NCBI GenBank assembly: GCA_965262715.1
Contig: OZ253553.1
Span: 896,001 to 960,000 of the forward strand
Length of the DNA: 64,000 bases
Direction: 5' to 3'
Source: Bdellovibrionales bacterium
GTDB taxonomy: Bacteria > Bdellovibrionota > Bdellovibrionia > Bdellovibrionales > JAUICD01
The position numbers were made by a program, and so were the translations under genes. Under the pieces are notes generated by a model, which had not been told where the DNA came from, did not search any database, and worked only from the letters and a program-made list of their open reading frames with translations. Numbering within the stretch: position 1 is the first letter of the stretch; each line of letters opens with the position of its first letter. Shown piece after piece: positions 21,830 through 31,527 of this stretch.

Positions 21830-23644
21830 TTGATGGATGATGTTAGAGCAGGTCTACCAATTCATCTTAGAAAATATATTGTAGATCAAAATTATAATAA
21901 ATACACACCAAAGGACCATGCTGTCTGGCGATGCACTTTGAGGCAATTAAGACATTCTTTGTCAGAGAACGCTCATAAATGTTATGAGAATGGATTAGAT
22001 AAAACAGGAATTTCTACAGAAAGTATTCCAAAAATTTCAGATATTTCTTTTAAATTACAAAAGTGCGGCTGGAAGGCACTACCTGTTAGTGGATTTATAC
22101 CACCTGCTGCCTTTATGGAACTTCAAGCACTAGGCTTTTTACCTATTGCATCTGATATCAGAACTTTAGAACAAATCACGTATACACCAGCACCTGATAT
22201 TGTGCATGAAGCTGCCGGACATGCTCCTATTTTAATTGATTCTGACTTCACTAAATACCTGGGAAGCTATGCTCAAGTTGCCTATAAGGCTATCATTAAC
22301 AAAGAAGATTTGGATTTATATCGAGCTATACGTATCTTATCTGATATCAAAGAATCTAGCAATTCATCTGATGATGAGATAAGACAAGCTGGAAATAATT
22401 TAAAAAAAGCAACTGAAAAAATGGAGGACCCTTCTGAAGCAGCACTACTTGCTCGAATGAACTGGTGGACAGCAGAATATGGTCTTATCGGCGACATCAG
22501 ATCTCCAAAGATTTATGGAGCAGGACTTTTATCTTCTATTGCTGAAAGTTCTGATGCTCTTACCTCTAAGGTTAAAAAAATTCCTTTTAGTTTAAAGTGC
22601 CTTGAATATTCTTATGATATAACAAAACCTCAGCCTCAACTTTTTGTCGTAGATTCTTTTGAGACATTGACCAAGGCATTAAAAGATATAGAAAAGACAA
22701 TGGCCTTTTACCGTGGTGGCACCTATGGCTTAAAAATAGCTAAAAAGTCACAAACAGTAAATACTGTTGAGTGCAATTCTGGGTTACAAATATGTGGAAT
22801 TTTAACTAACTACAAAGAAAAGCAATCAGAGCCTATTTTTATTCAAATGCAAGGTCCTACACAGCTCTGCTATAAAGGGCAGATGATACATGGACATGAT
22901 AAGAGGCGGCATCTTCAAGGATTTAGCTGCCCTATTGGGAAGCTTAAAGGATACGATCAGTGCCTTTCAAAATGGAATAATTTAGAATCATTAGACTTAA
23001 AAAAAGAAAATGCACTATATGAAATAACAACAGAAAAACAATTAGATGCTCTACAAATGAAATGTTATTCATTAAAACCAAATAAAATTCAAATGCACTT
23101 TCAATCTGGTATAAAGGTTAGCGGAATACCTATTTGTCTACAAGAGACACCAGATGAAACCCCTCTAATTATAACTTTTAAAGATTGTAAGGTCACTTAT
23201 TACGATGAAGTTTTATTTGATCCTTCTTGGGGAGAATTCGACATGGCTGTAGGTTCTTCTATCCATTCTGTTTTTAGTGGTCCTTCAGATCGAGAAGCCT
23301 ATGGTAAAACAGACACATTTATAAACAAAAAAAAGACTTCTATAAAACCACAAACACAGAAAGAAAAACAGCTGTGTGAGCTTTATGCTAAAGTACGAAA
23401 AATAAGATTGCAATTTAACACTTATAAAAACTTACCTTTTGAACTTAAAGAGAGTTTAGAAGTACTAGAGCAAGATTTTGCCGAAGATTGGTTATTACCA
23501 TTAGAAATTCTTGAATTATCTTATCGAATCACTCCAACTCCACACTGGCAAAAACCTTTAAAGAAAAGACTCCTTGACCTCTCCTTAAGTCATAAACAAC
23601 ACGCTCAAATAATCCATACAGGTATTAAGATGCTGTGTCCCTAA
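21830..23644 (+). CDS. phhA: Aromatic amino acid (phenylalanine 4-) hydroxylase with C-terminal extension
   Basis: YTPAPDIVHEAAGH, WWTAEYG, IYGAGLLSS, YDITKPQPQLF. Confidence 0.88.
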   Translation: MMDDVRAGLPIHLRKYIVDQNYNKYTPKDHAVWRCTLRQLRHSLSENAHKCYENGLDKTGISTESIPKISDISFKLQKCGWKALPVSGFIPPAAFMELQALGFLPIASDIRTLEQITYTPAPDIVHEAAGHAPILIDSDFTKYLGSYAQVAYKAIINKEDLDLYRAIRILSDIKESSNSSDDEIRQAGNNLKKATEKMEDPSEAALLARMNWWTAEYGLIGDIRSPKIYGAGLLSSIAESSDALTSKVKKIPFSLKCLEYSYDITKPQPQLFVVDSFETLTKALKDIEKTMAFYRGGTYGLKIAKKSQTVNTVECNSGLQICGILTNYKEKQSEPIFIQMQGPTQLCYKGQMIHGHDKRRHLQGFSCPIGKLKGYDQCLSKWNNLESLDLKKENALYEITTEKQLDALQMKCYSLKPNKIQMHFQSGIKVSGIPICLQETPDETPLIITFKDCKVTYYDEVLFDPSWGEFDMAVGSSIHSVFSGPSDREAYGKTDTFINKKKTSIKPQTQKEKQLCELYAKVRKIRLQFNTYKNLPFELKESLEVLEQDFAEDWLLPLEILELSYRITPTPHWQKPLKKRLLDLSLSHKQHAQIIHTGIKMLCP

Positions 23645-23825
23645 AAATAGTCTCGCCTCTGGCGACTTTCTGGCATTGCCCCCAGACGGACTTACACCGT
23701 CTGGCAAATAGGGCAATGCCTAGAAAGTATGACTATTTTTAGGAAAGAGACTCTCCTCATCTTTTTACATCATGTTAAGGAAAATCTTTCTTTACCATCT
23801 CCTATATAAAAAGTTATGTCTATAC
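23628..23825 (+). repeat. Unit 1 of a ~212-bp tandem duplication containing hairpin element A (23640..23743); interrupted near its end by the IS903-like element
   Basis: agatgctgtgtccctaaaaatagtc... recurs at 25165; nested inverted repeats. Confidence 0.9.
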
Positions 23826-25141
23826 GGCTTTGTTGCACAAAGATTTAAGGAAGTATATAAAAGATTAGAGAATTAAGTCAGGCATCTTCCATAGGCTCTA
23901 GGCAACCCCCGCGCCTTGTATTGCTATTATTTTAAGATTTTATTATAGAATAAAATAGTTTAAGAGATATTTACCCTAAGCCGCTAGCCTAGTCCTATTT
24001 CAGAAGTCTTTCACAAATCTCATTCTTAAATTTTTATGCAATAAGATCTTTTATGAGTTTGATATATCTATTACTTTGATTTTTTGTTTTTAATGATTAT
24101 AAAATTTACCCATCCCCAACTTTCACAATCACTAAATCAGAAGGAGCTAGAGATGGGTAAAAATAAAAAAATAAACTGGAGTCTTTATAATAAGTCTCTA
24201 GTCAATAGAGGTCAAATCACTTTTTGGTTTTCAGCAAATATCGTCAAATCTTGGTATGCAAAATGTTCTTCAAAGCAAGGGGGTCAACAAGTTTACTCTG
24301 ATAAAGCTATTGAAACTCTTAATATATTAAGATTCATATTTGGTTTAAAATTGCGATCTACAGAAGGTTTTGCTAAATCCCTAGTTGAACTTATGGGTCT
24401 TGATATAGAAATACCTAATTATACAACTCTTTGCAGAAGATTACAGAAGTTATCAGTAAAACTAGAAAGAAAGCTATCTTCTCACAAGAATCCTCATATT
24501 GTCATTGATTCCACAGGTCTTAAAGTTTATGGGGAGGGAGAGTGGAAAGTCCGTCAGCATGGGTATTCTAAGAGAAGGACATGGAAGAAGCTACATTTAG
24601 CGGTAGATGAGTCAAATTCCCAGATTAAGGCATCTGTTTTAAGTGATAATTCTGTAAAGGATAATGAGGTTTTTGAAGAGTTATTGACAGGATATGAAGA
24701 TGAGATAGGCCAAGTTTCAGTTGATGGGGCTTATGACTGTAAGAATTGTTATCAGTTTACAAGTGATAGAAGTATAAAATTGGTTGCTCCACCTAGAAAG
24801 AATGCTGTGATTAAGAGGCATGGAAATTGTCGAGGATCGCCGCTTCTTAGAGATACTTATATTAGAGAAATCAAGAAGATGGGTAGAAAGAAGTGGAAAA
24901 AAAAACATAAATATCACAGGAGGTCTATATCAGAAACAGCTATGTATAGATTTAAAACTTTATTAGGTGATAAATTATCTTCTAGAGAATTTCATCGTCA
25001 AGCAAATGAAGTGTTTATTAAATGTAAAATCCTTAATCAGATGATTGTGCCTTCTTCTCTTTGATAAAAAAATATTAAATGACAATCTTACTTAAAAAAT
25101 AAATAAAATAAAAACTATTTAAATCTTTGTGCAACAAGGCC
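23826..25141 (+). mobile_element. IS5-family (IS903 group) insertion sequence, copy A (1316 bp)
   Basis: TIR GGC(T/C)TTGTTGCACAAAGATTTAA; 9-bp TSD TGTCTATAC at 23817..23825 and 25142..25150. Confidence 0.93.
24153..25064 (+). CDS. IS903-like DDE transposase (start taken after the AAGGAG RBS)
   Basis: NWSLYNKSLVNRG, IDSTGLK, DGAYD, YHRRSISETAMYRFK. Confidence 0.92.
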   Translation: MGKNKKINWSLYNKSLVNRGQITFWFSANIVKSWYAKCSSKQGGQQVYSDKAIETLNILRFIFGLKLRSTEGFAKSLVELMGLDIEIPNYTTLCRRLQKLSVKLERKLSSHKNPHIVIDSTGLKVYGEGEWKVRQHGYSKRRTWKKLHLAVDESNSQIKASVLSDNSVKDNEVFEELLTGYEDEIGQVSVDGAYDCKNCYQFTSDRSIKLVAPPRKNAVIKRHGNCRGSPLLRDTYIREIKKMGRKKWKKKHKYHRRSISETAMYRFKTLLGDKLSSREFHRQANEVFIKCKILNQMIVPSSL

Positions 25142-25164
25142 TGTCTATACTATAACTTATGCGT

Positions 25165-25352
25165 AGATGCTGTGTCCCTAAAAATAGTCTCGCCTCTGGC
25201 GACTTTCTGGCATTGCCCCCAGACGGACTTACACCGTCTGGCAAATAGGGCAATGCCTAGAAAGTATGACTATTTTTAAGAGGGAGACTCTCCTTATCTT
25301 TTTACATCACGTTAAGGAAAGTCTTTCTTTACCATCTCCTATATAAAAAGTT
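25165..25352 (+). repeat. Unit 2 of the tandem duplication, containing hairpin element B (25177..25280)
   Basis: Near-identical to the unit starting at 23628. Confidence 0.9.
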
Positions 25353-25532
25353 GTGCATATATATTAATATATAACTTTATGTAAATTTAACTTATCTGCT
25401 ACCGAAGTCTTTTGTAGTAGTAAAATAAATCTTTGAAAAGCAACCAGCCTTTAGTTAAGTCTTTTGTCTATTGAAGAAGAAATATTATAAAGAATTCTAC
25501 CTATTATTAAAGGTTTAGATTACACTTCTTTT

Positions 25533-26765
25533 ATGGCATCTGCAGTAATAAGTGTGGCATTGATATTTTTTTTGGGTCACGCCTTAAAATGGGTTTTTAT
25601 CTATACAAAAATTCCTGATCTTTTACTCTTAGTTCTTTTAGGGTTTCTGATAGGTCCTGTTTTTGGAATTATTGAGACTTCTGCTTTTGGTAAGGTAGGC
25701 CCTTTACTTTCAACTGTTGCTTTGATTGTTATTTTATATGAGGGAGGTATTACCTTACATGCTAAAGACCTACTCTCTTCAAGTCTACCTGCTATTGGAC
25801 TGTCTGTTATAGGGTTTATTCTTGTTGCTATTTCCGGAAGTGCTCTTGCGTGGTTGTTTACAATGGATATGGGTATTTCTATACTTTTTGGAGTCGGTAT
25901 TGGCAGCACTTCTTCAGCTATTGTTATTCCAACAGTTAAATATCTAAGTATTGATAATAGAACTAAGACTATCCTTTCATTAGAATCTGCATTCACAGAT
26001 GTTTTGGCAATTGTTATCTTCTTAGTGGTATTAGATGCTATTATTCAAGGTCAATTTAGCTTTACACAATTACTAATAGGTATTGGACCAAATACTGTAA
26101 AAGCTATATTAGTAGGGATTGCCTCTGGTATTTTTTGGTCTTTTTTAAGAAATCGTTTTACCTTTCTTCTAGACATCAAATTTTCAGGTGAGGCATGGGC
26201 TCTATTGTCTTATGGTGTATTAGAAATGATGCAACTAAATGGAGCTATTGGTGTCTTAGCATTAGGGTTTACACTTGCAAATTTAGATCTATTACCAGAT
26301 TTTGCAAAAAGTTTTTTAAGTAGAAAGCCTATGAATCGTATTGATTTAGAACTCTTAGGAGAAGTCACATTTCTTTTAAAAACAACATTTTTCATTTTTC
26401 TTGGAATGCAGATTAAGTTTTCAAACTTAAAAATTGTTATCTTTGCTATGATAATTACAGTTCTTATTTTTGTGTTGAGATATTTCACTATACTTTTTGT
26501 GCTGAATAGAAGAGATTATAACCCATTAGATGCCATGATCAGTACTGCTATGGGACCAAGAGGTCTGGCCTGTGCTGTTTTAGCTACACTTCCATTACAA
26601 AAAGGGATTGGAAATGGAGTTTGGCTGCAAGAAAGTATGTTTGCCCTCATACCTATGACAATCGTTGTAACAGCGCTTCTTATTTTTCTTTGTGAGAATA
26701 AAACAATCAGAAAACATCTAGGTCTCTTCTTTGAGAAATATGAAAAATACAATCTACCTATATAA
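25533..26765 (+). CDS. Cation:proton antiporter (CPA1/NhaP-like)
   Basis: About 12 TM segments; LESAFTD and GPRG motifs. Confidence 0.85.
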   Translation: MASAVISVALIFFLGHALKWVFIYTKIPDLLLLVLLGFLIGPVFGIIETSAFGKVGPLLSTVALIVILYEGGITLHAKDLLSSSLPAIGLSVIGFILVAISGSALAWLFTMDMGISILFGVGIGSTSSAIVIPTVKYLSIDNRTKTILSLESAFTDVLAIVIFLVVLDAIIQGQFSFTQLLIGIGPNTVKAILVGIASGIFWSFLRNRFTFLLDIKFSGEAWALLSYGVLEMMQLNGAIGVLALGFTLANLDLLPDFAKSFLSRKPMNRIDLELLGEVTFLLKTTFFIFLGMQIKFSNLKIVIFAMIITVLIFVLRYFTILFVLNRRDYNPLDAMISTAMGPRGLACAVLATLPLQKGIGNGVWLQESMFALIPMTIVVTALLIFLCENKTIRKHLGLFFEKYEKYNLPI

Positions 26766-26885
26766 TCAATAAGGTTCATGACAACTTAAACCCTCTTTAT
26801 TCCGGGATCCGGCAATCTGGCAAACAGTACCCGGAATCAAAATATCCGACACCTGTAATTTGAATTTTTGCACCTAATTCGTTTC

Positions 26886-26986
26886 ACTCAAAATAAACTG
26901 GCTTCCAGCCATTTTCTGGTGATGACCCTGACGGTTTACATCGTCAGTAAAATGGTCATCACCTAGAAAACTTGTTCATTTTGAGT
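26886..26986 (+). repeat. Hairpin element C
   Basis: Nested inverted repeats actcaaaat/attttgagt, ttttctggtgatgacc/ggtcatcacctagaaaa and ctgacg/cgtcag. Confidence 0.85.
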
Positions 26987-27193
26987 AGGGAGGGTCTTCT
27001 CATTACTTTATATGATGTTAGGGAAAATATTTTCGTTTCTTTGTTAAAAACTTATCATTACCATTCGCGTTCAATTTTTCTATTTGTAAGCTTTTTATAT
27101 TGAATGCTAAATCAGAAAAAAGCAATAAAAACCAATGATAAGAAGGGGAAAGAGCTGACTCAGGGCAATGATTTTTAAGTTAAAGAAATTAAG

Positions 27194-27637
27194 TTGAACT
27201 CAGCTCAATTAGCAATTAACTTCTATCATAACTCTAGGAATTTAAAGTTAAGGGAACCTCTGCAAAACCAGTTCCATAGGGATTCTCTAAGTATTGTACT
27301 TAACTTGGCTGAAGGCAGTGCTAAACCAACTGCTAAAGAACGCAGGAAATTCTATAGGATTAGTCTTGGATCACTAAGATATAACTTAAATAGTTTCCTT
27401 AACATGATGTAAAAAAATGAGGAATATCTTCTTACTCAAAATAAACAGACTTTCTAGGCAATAACCTATTTACTGAGGGCATTAGCCGTCAGGGTCATTG
27501 CCAGAAAGCAACCAGAGGTTGGTTTATTTTGAGTGAACCCAGTTCAAGCTATATTAGATATCATTGGTCATCAGAATTTCATAAAAGAAACTGATAAGCT
27601 AGGTGCTTATCTTTATAAGTTATGCCAGAACACTTGA
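27194..27637 (+). pseudogene. Four-helix-bundle (IVP/Avd-like) protein gene interrupted by hairpin element D
   Basis: QFHRDSLSIVLNLAEGS...RKFYRISLGSLR, resuming after ~27541 as VQAILDII...DKLGAYLYKL; 5' end degraded. Confidence 0.75.
27434..27534 (-). repeat. Hairpin element D (opposite orientation to A-C; conserved tail at 27394..27433)
   Basis: Same three-stem layout; caacc-AGA-ggttg side hairpin. Confidence 0.85.
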
Positions 27638-27760
27638 ACCCTTAATCTCTCTAAAACCCGCCTTAAGAAAACTGGGAACGGACAAAACACCTGCTTTTTA
27701 TAATTATAACAATCAGTTAACCCCTATAAAAATCAACTTAAGTTGTCATGAACCATCAAT

Positions 27761-27797
27761 AAAAAAACCAGAAAGACTTTTATCCTTCTGGCTTTTT
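27761..27797. terminator. Probable bidirectional intrinsic terminator
   Basis: Imperfect stem ccagaa/ttctgg with A-run and T-run flanks. Confidence 0.5.
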
Positions 27798-27816
27798 ATC
27801 TACGCATCTAAATGTT

Positions 27817-28106
27817 AATAAAGCTTATTATTGTGCTGTTGTCGTCGCTGCTGCTACTGATAATGGTCTCGCTTCTGAATAAGGGCCTACTATAATAGTA
27901 TCTGCATCAATAACTACACGAATGCGAACTCTCCAATAATAGGTTCCATCATTAAGCGTATTTGCAAGAGTGAAACTTTTTGATGGATTTGCTAAATCTG
28001 AAATATCTATAGTGCCTGTTGCTTCAATACTGCTAAACGCTTGATCAGAAGCAAGTTGAAATTCATATTGAATGCTATAGACGCTAATAAGAGTAGTGAG
28101 GATAGT
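27817..28106. repeat. Left copy of the 290-bp direct repeat flanking IS1634-like copy 2 (duplicated 3' end of the lipoprotein gene)
   Basis: aataaagctt...gaggatagt recurs at 30027..30316. Confidence 0.97.
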
Positions 28107-30026
28107 CCTGACTTCGACGGTTTATGTTCGGTATTGATTTTGTAACATTGATGGTTATAGGATTTTGGAGTAAGTTTTCGATGTAGTGCCTAGTAACACA
28201 CCAAGTCAGATTATTTTTATTTTTATTTTGACTTTTTTTTTAATAAGCATTAAATTATTTTTATGTTTGTAAGAATCAAAAGCACACCAAACAGTCCAAG
28301 GCAGTCAGTTCAGATCGTTGATTCTATCCGTTATGGCAATAAAGTTCGCCAAAAGATCATCCGTCATGTCGGAGTGGCTCAAGATGAGGATGAGCTATTT
28401 CGTCTTCAAGAGCTTGGAGAATTCATCAAAGCTAAACTAACAAATGAAAATCAATTATCTTTTTTTGCTCCGGAAGAGATTTCTAAACAAGTGATTGAGT
28501 CCAAGTTTCGTCATTGCAATAAACCCTTAAAAGTAGATCTTAAGAAACTAAGGGAAGATCAAAGAGTCATTGTAGGTATTCATGAGGTTTATGGAGCTAT
28601 GTACAAGGAATTAGGTTTAGATCGCATTTTACCAGTGAGTCGTTATCATTCATCACATTGGGTTTTATTTCATACAGTGATGGCTCGGATAGCTAATCCT
28701 CAAAGTAAAAGAGAGAGCAGTCGATTTTTAGAAGAGGATTTTGGAGTTCATATTTCGTTAGAGAAGATTTATCGCATGATGGATCGTTTAGATAGCAAAA
28801 GGATAGATAAGATAAAGAGACTGGCAGGTCAAGTGGCACAAAAGGTTTTTAAAGAGCCTTTGAAAGTTTTGTTTTTTGATTGTACGACACTGTATTTTGA
28901 ATCAATTATTGAAGATGATTTAAGACAAAGAGGTTACAGTAAAGATGCTAAGTTTAAAGAATCTCAAGTGTGTTTAGCAGTCGTTGTGACCAAAGAAGGT
29001 TTTCCTGTCAGTTACGAGACTTTCCCGGGTGCTATCTTCGAGGGTCATACCTTAAATCCAGTGATAAAAGAGATGAAGTCTAAATATAACTTAGAACAAG
29101 CTATTTATGTCGCTGATAGAGGAATGTTAAGTGAAGATAATTTAAAAGCACTAGAAGATGAGAATCTTCATTATATTGTAGGAGCTAAGCTTAAGAAATT
29201 ACCAAAAGTAAAACAAGAGCTTGTATTAGATAAGTCAAAGTACAAAATTGTCAGTAAACAAGAAGGTTTCAAGATTCAATCATTAGAAGATAAAGATAAT
29301 AAGAGGAAAGTGATAGTTTGTTATTCTTATAAGAGAGCGGAGAAAGATCGACATGATCGTCAACAAACTATAGATAGTTTAGTTAAGAAACTCTCAAAGG
29401 CTCAAGATGTGAAGACTTTATTAAACAATTACGGTTATAAGAAGTATTTAAAAGTCACAGGCAAGAAACAAAAGCTTTCAGTCAATGAAAATCGAGTCAA
29501 AGAAGATCAAAAGTGGGATGGTTTGTTTGGAGTCATAACAAACCTCAAAGATATGGATGATTTAGACATTATTAGCCAATATAAGGGGTTATGGCAAGTC
29601 GAAGAAACATTCCGGATAGCTAAGCATGATTTAAAAATACGTCCTATATTTCACTGGACATCAGATCGGATCAAAGCACACATAGCCATTGCTTTTATCT
29701 GTTTAGTCTGTATAAGACACTTAGCTTACAGAATTAAGATACAATACCAATCCTGTTCACCGGAAGTTATACGAAATGCTTTAATCCATGTACAGCATAG
29801 TTTATTAGTAGATCAAACCAATAACAGAAAGTACTCTATACCTTCAAATATAAGTAAGGAAGCTCTGAAAATCTATCAGATTATGGGACTTAAGCACTCT
29901 ACAACACCTTATCTTATTGAATAAAAATACACTTAATACATAACTAAAAATCAATTGTAGTGCCTATGATGTAATGTATCATCCAATGATCCCAGTAACT
30001 TATAAGTTTAAACCGTCGAAGTCAGG
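28107..30026 (+). mobile_element. IS1634-family insertion sequence, copy 2 (1920 bp)
   Basis: Same TIRs and length as copy 1, inverted orientation. Confidence 0.93.
28263..29924 (+). CDS. IS1634-family DDE transposase
   Basis: Identical translation to 12340..14001. Confidence 0.93.
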   Translation: MFVRIKSTPNSPRQSVQIVDSIRYGNKVRQKIIRHVGVAQDEDELFRLQELGEFIKAKLTNENQLSFFAPEEISKQVIESKFRHCNKPLKVDLKKLREDQRVIVGIHEVYGAMYKELGLDRILPVSRYHSSHWVLFHTVMARIANPQSKRESSRFLEEDFGVHISLEKIYRMMDRLDSKRIDKIKRLAGQVAQKVFKEPLKVLFFDCTTLYFESIIEDDLRQRGYSKDAKFKESQVCLAVVVTKEGFPVSYETFPGAIFEGHTLNPVIKEMKSKYNLEQAIYVADRGMLSEDNLKALEDENLHYIVGAKLKKLPKVKQELVLDKSKYKIVSKQEGFKIQSLEDKDNKRKVIVCYSYKRAEKDRHDRQQTIDSLVKKLSKAQDVKTLLNNYGYKKYLKVTGKKQKLSVNENRVKEDQKWDGLFGVITNLKDMDDLDIISQYKGLWQVEETFRIAKHDLKIRPIFHWTSDRIKAHIAIAFICLVCIRHLAYRIKIQYQSCSPEVIRNALIHVQHSLLVDQTNNRKYSIPSNISKEALKIYQIMGLKHSTTPYLIE

Positions 30027-30316
30027 AATAAAGCTTATTATTGTGCTGTTGTCGTCGCTGCTGCTACTGATAATGGTCTCGCTTCTGAATAAGGGCCTAC
30101 TATAATAGTATCTGCATCAATAACTACACGAATGCGAACTCTCCAATAATAGGTTCCATCATTAAGCGTATTTGCAAGAGTGAAACTTTTTGATGGATTT
30201 GCTAAATCTGAAATATCTATAGTGCCTGTTGCTTCAATACTGCTAAACGCTTGATCAGAAGCAAGTTGAAATTCATATTGAATGCTATAGACGCTAATAA
30301 GAGTAGTGAGGATAGT
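30027..30316. repeat. Right copy of the 290-bp direct repeat
   Basis: Matches 27817..28106. Confidence 0.97.
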
Positions 30317-30883
30317 GCTACAGTTTGCAATGTCTTCATTGACTGAGAAATTCAATAGCTGACTATCAAGTTCTGTTGTTTCAGGAACAGGTATGAAACA
30401 TGTCAGGTTTGGCGCATTAAATTCAGCAGCATCTGAATAGTCTCCAACAATATCTTCTTCTCCTTCTTTTCTTGCGACTCTACGGACTTTTATATAGTAG
30501 GTTTCACCATGGTTTAACTCTGGCCAAGCAACGTCATCAAAATTAGGAGTGTATATCGTTCCACTTGTTGTTGTCATTTCTTGAACACTCACATGTTGAT
30601 CATAAACAGTATCTGTAAACTCTTCATCAGAGCCAATCACTACTTGATACAATATTTCATAGCCATCTATCTCAACGTCACTATCTACAGAAAATAAAGA
30701 AAAACTACCTATTCCCACATTAGCACTATCTGGAATAATAATATTAGGAGCTGTTAATTGAGAAGCTATACTATCATCTCCAGAGTCATTGCCTTGACAG
30801 CCCGCCAGACTTAAAAATAGAAAACAAATTAATGACATTAATTTAAGACTTTTTGTTGAACTTGATTGATAAAACTTTTGCAT
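30038..30883 (-). CDS. Acidic lipoprotein with two FN3/Ig-like domains
   Basis: Lipobox LAGC; repeated motifs GETYYIKVR and DGTYYWRVR...GxYS. Confidence 0.7.
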   Translation of the reverse strand: MQKFYQSSSTKSLKLMSLICFLFLSLAGCQGNDSGDDSIASQLTAPNIIIPDSANVGIGSFSLFSVDSDVEIDGYEILYQVVIGSDEEFTDTVYDQHVSVQEMTTTSGTIYTPNFDDVAWPELNHGETYYIKVRRVARKEGEEDIVGDYSDAAEFNAPNLTCFIPVPETTELDSQLLNFSVNEDIANCSTILTTLISVYSIQYEFQLASDQAFSSIEATGTIDISDLANPSKSFTLANTLNDGTYYWRVRIRVVIDADTIIVGPYSEARPLSVAAATTTAQ

Positions 30884-31281
30884 GATGTGCCCCTTTTCTG
30901 TAAATAAAAAAACCCATATATATACGAAGCAATTTTGTTGCCATTTTTACAATTCTGATTGTTTTTTTAATCAAATGAACAAATTCCATTTAAGTATCAA
31001 TTAGTTATAACAAGTGCTTATTTTGAGGTAGGAGTTGATGTAAGTCATTTAGTGTATAAAGATTGTACAAGTGTATAAATTATTGACATAAAAAAGAAAT
31101 AATCTGAACTCTTTAAGTTATTAGACTTAAGTTCATGATATCAATTTTTATGATTCATAACTCTACTTAAGCTTTTTTTTTTCGATCTCCGGCACTCAAG
31201 TAATCTGGCACACTGTAATTGGATATGAGGCCTGCAAATCAGTGATTTTGTTTGCATCGTCATAAATAAAAACATTTTCCT

Positions 31282-31395
31282 CCTAAAAATGAACAGATTT
31301 TTGAGGCAATAAACACTTTATGAGAGCATTAGCCGTCATGATTATTGCCCAAAAACAACCAGAGGCTCACCTCGAGAGGTTGGTTCATTTTTAGG
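31282..31395 (-). repeat. Hairpin element E, with one extra 14-bp unit in the side arm
   Basis: cctaaaaatgaac/gttcatttttagg outer stem; the flank at 31400..31490 resembles the reverse complement of 26800..26885. Confidence 0.8.
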
Positions 31396-31527
31396 GAAAC
31401 AAATTAGATGCAAAAATCCAAATTACTGATGCTAGATTTTATGATTCCGGATACGGTATGCCGGTTGCCTCGATTGCTAGATACTGGAAAGCTGATGGTG
31501 AATCAAAAATATTTTTAACTGTAAAAA

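Noticed and set aside
27194..27637. Avd-like gene as part of a diversity-generating retroelement
   Set aside because: No reverse transcriptase and no TR/VR pair with A-specific mismatches in the window
12238..30026. The two IS1634-like copies as a composite transposon
   Set aside because: Each copy has its own flanking duplication, indicating independent insertions, and housekeeping genes lie between them
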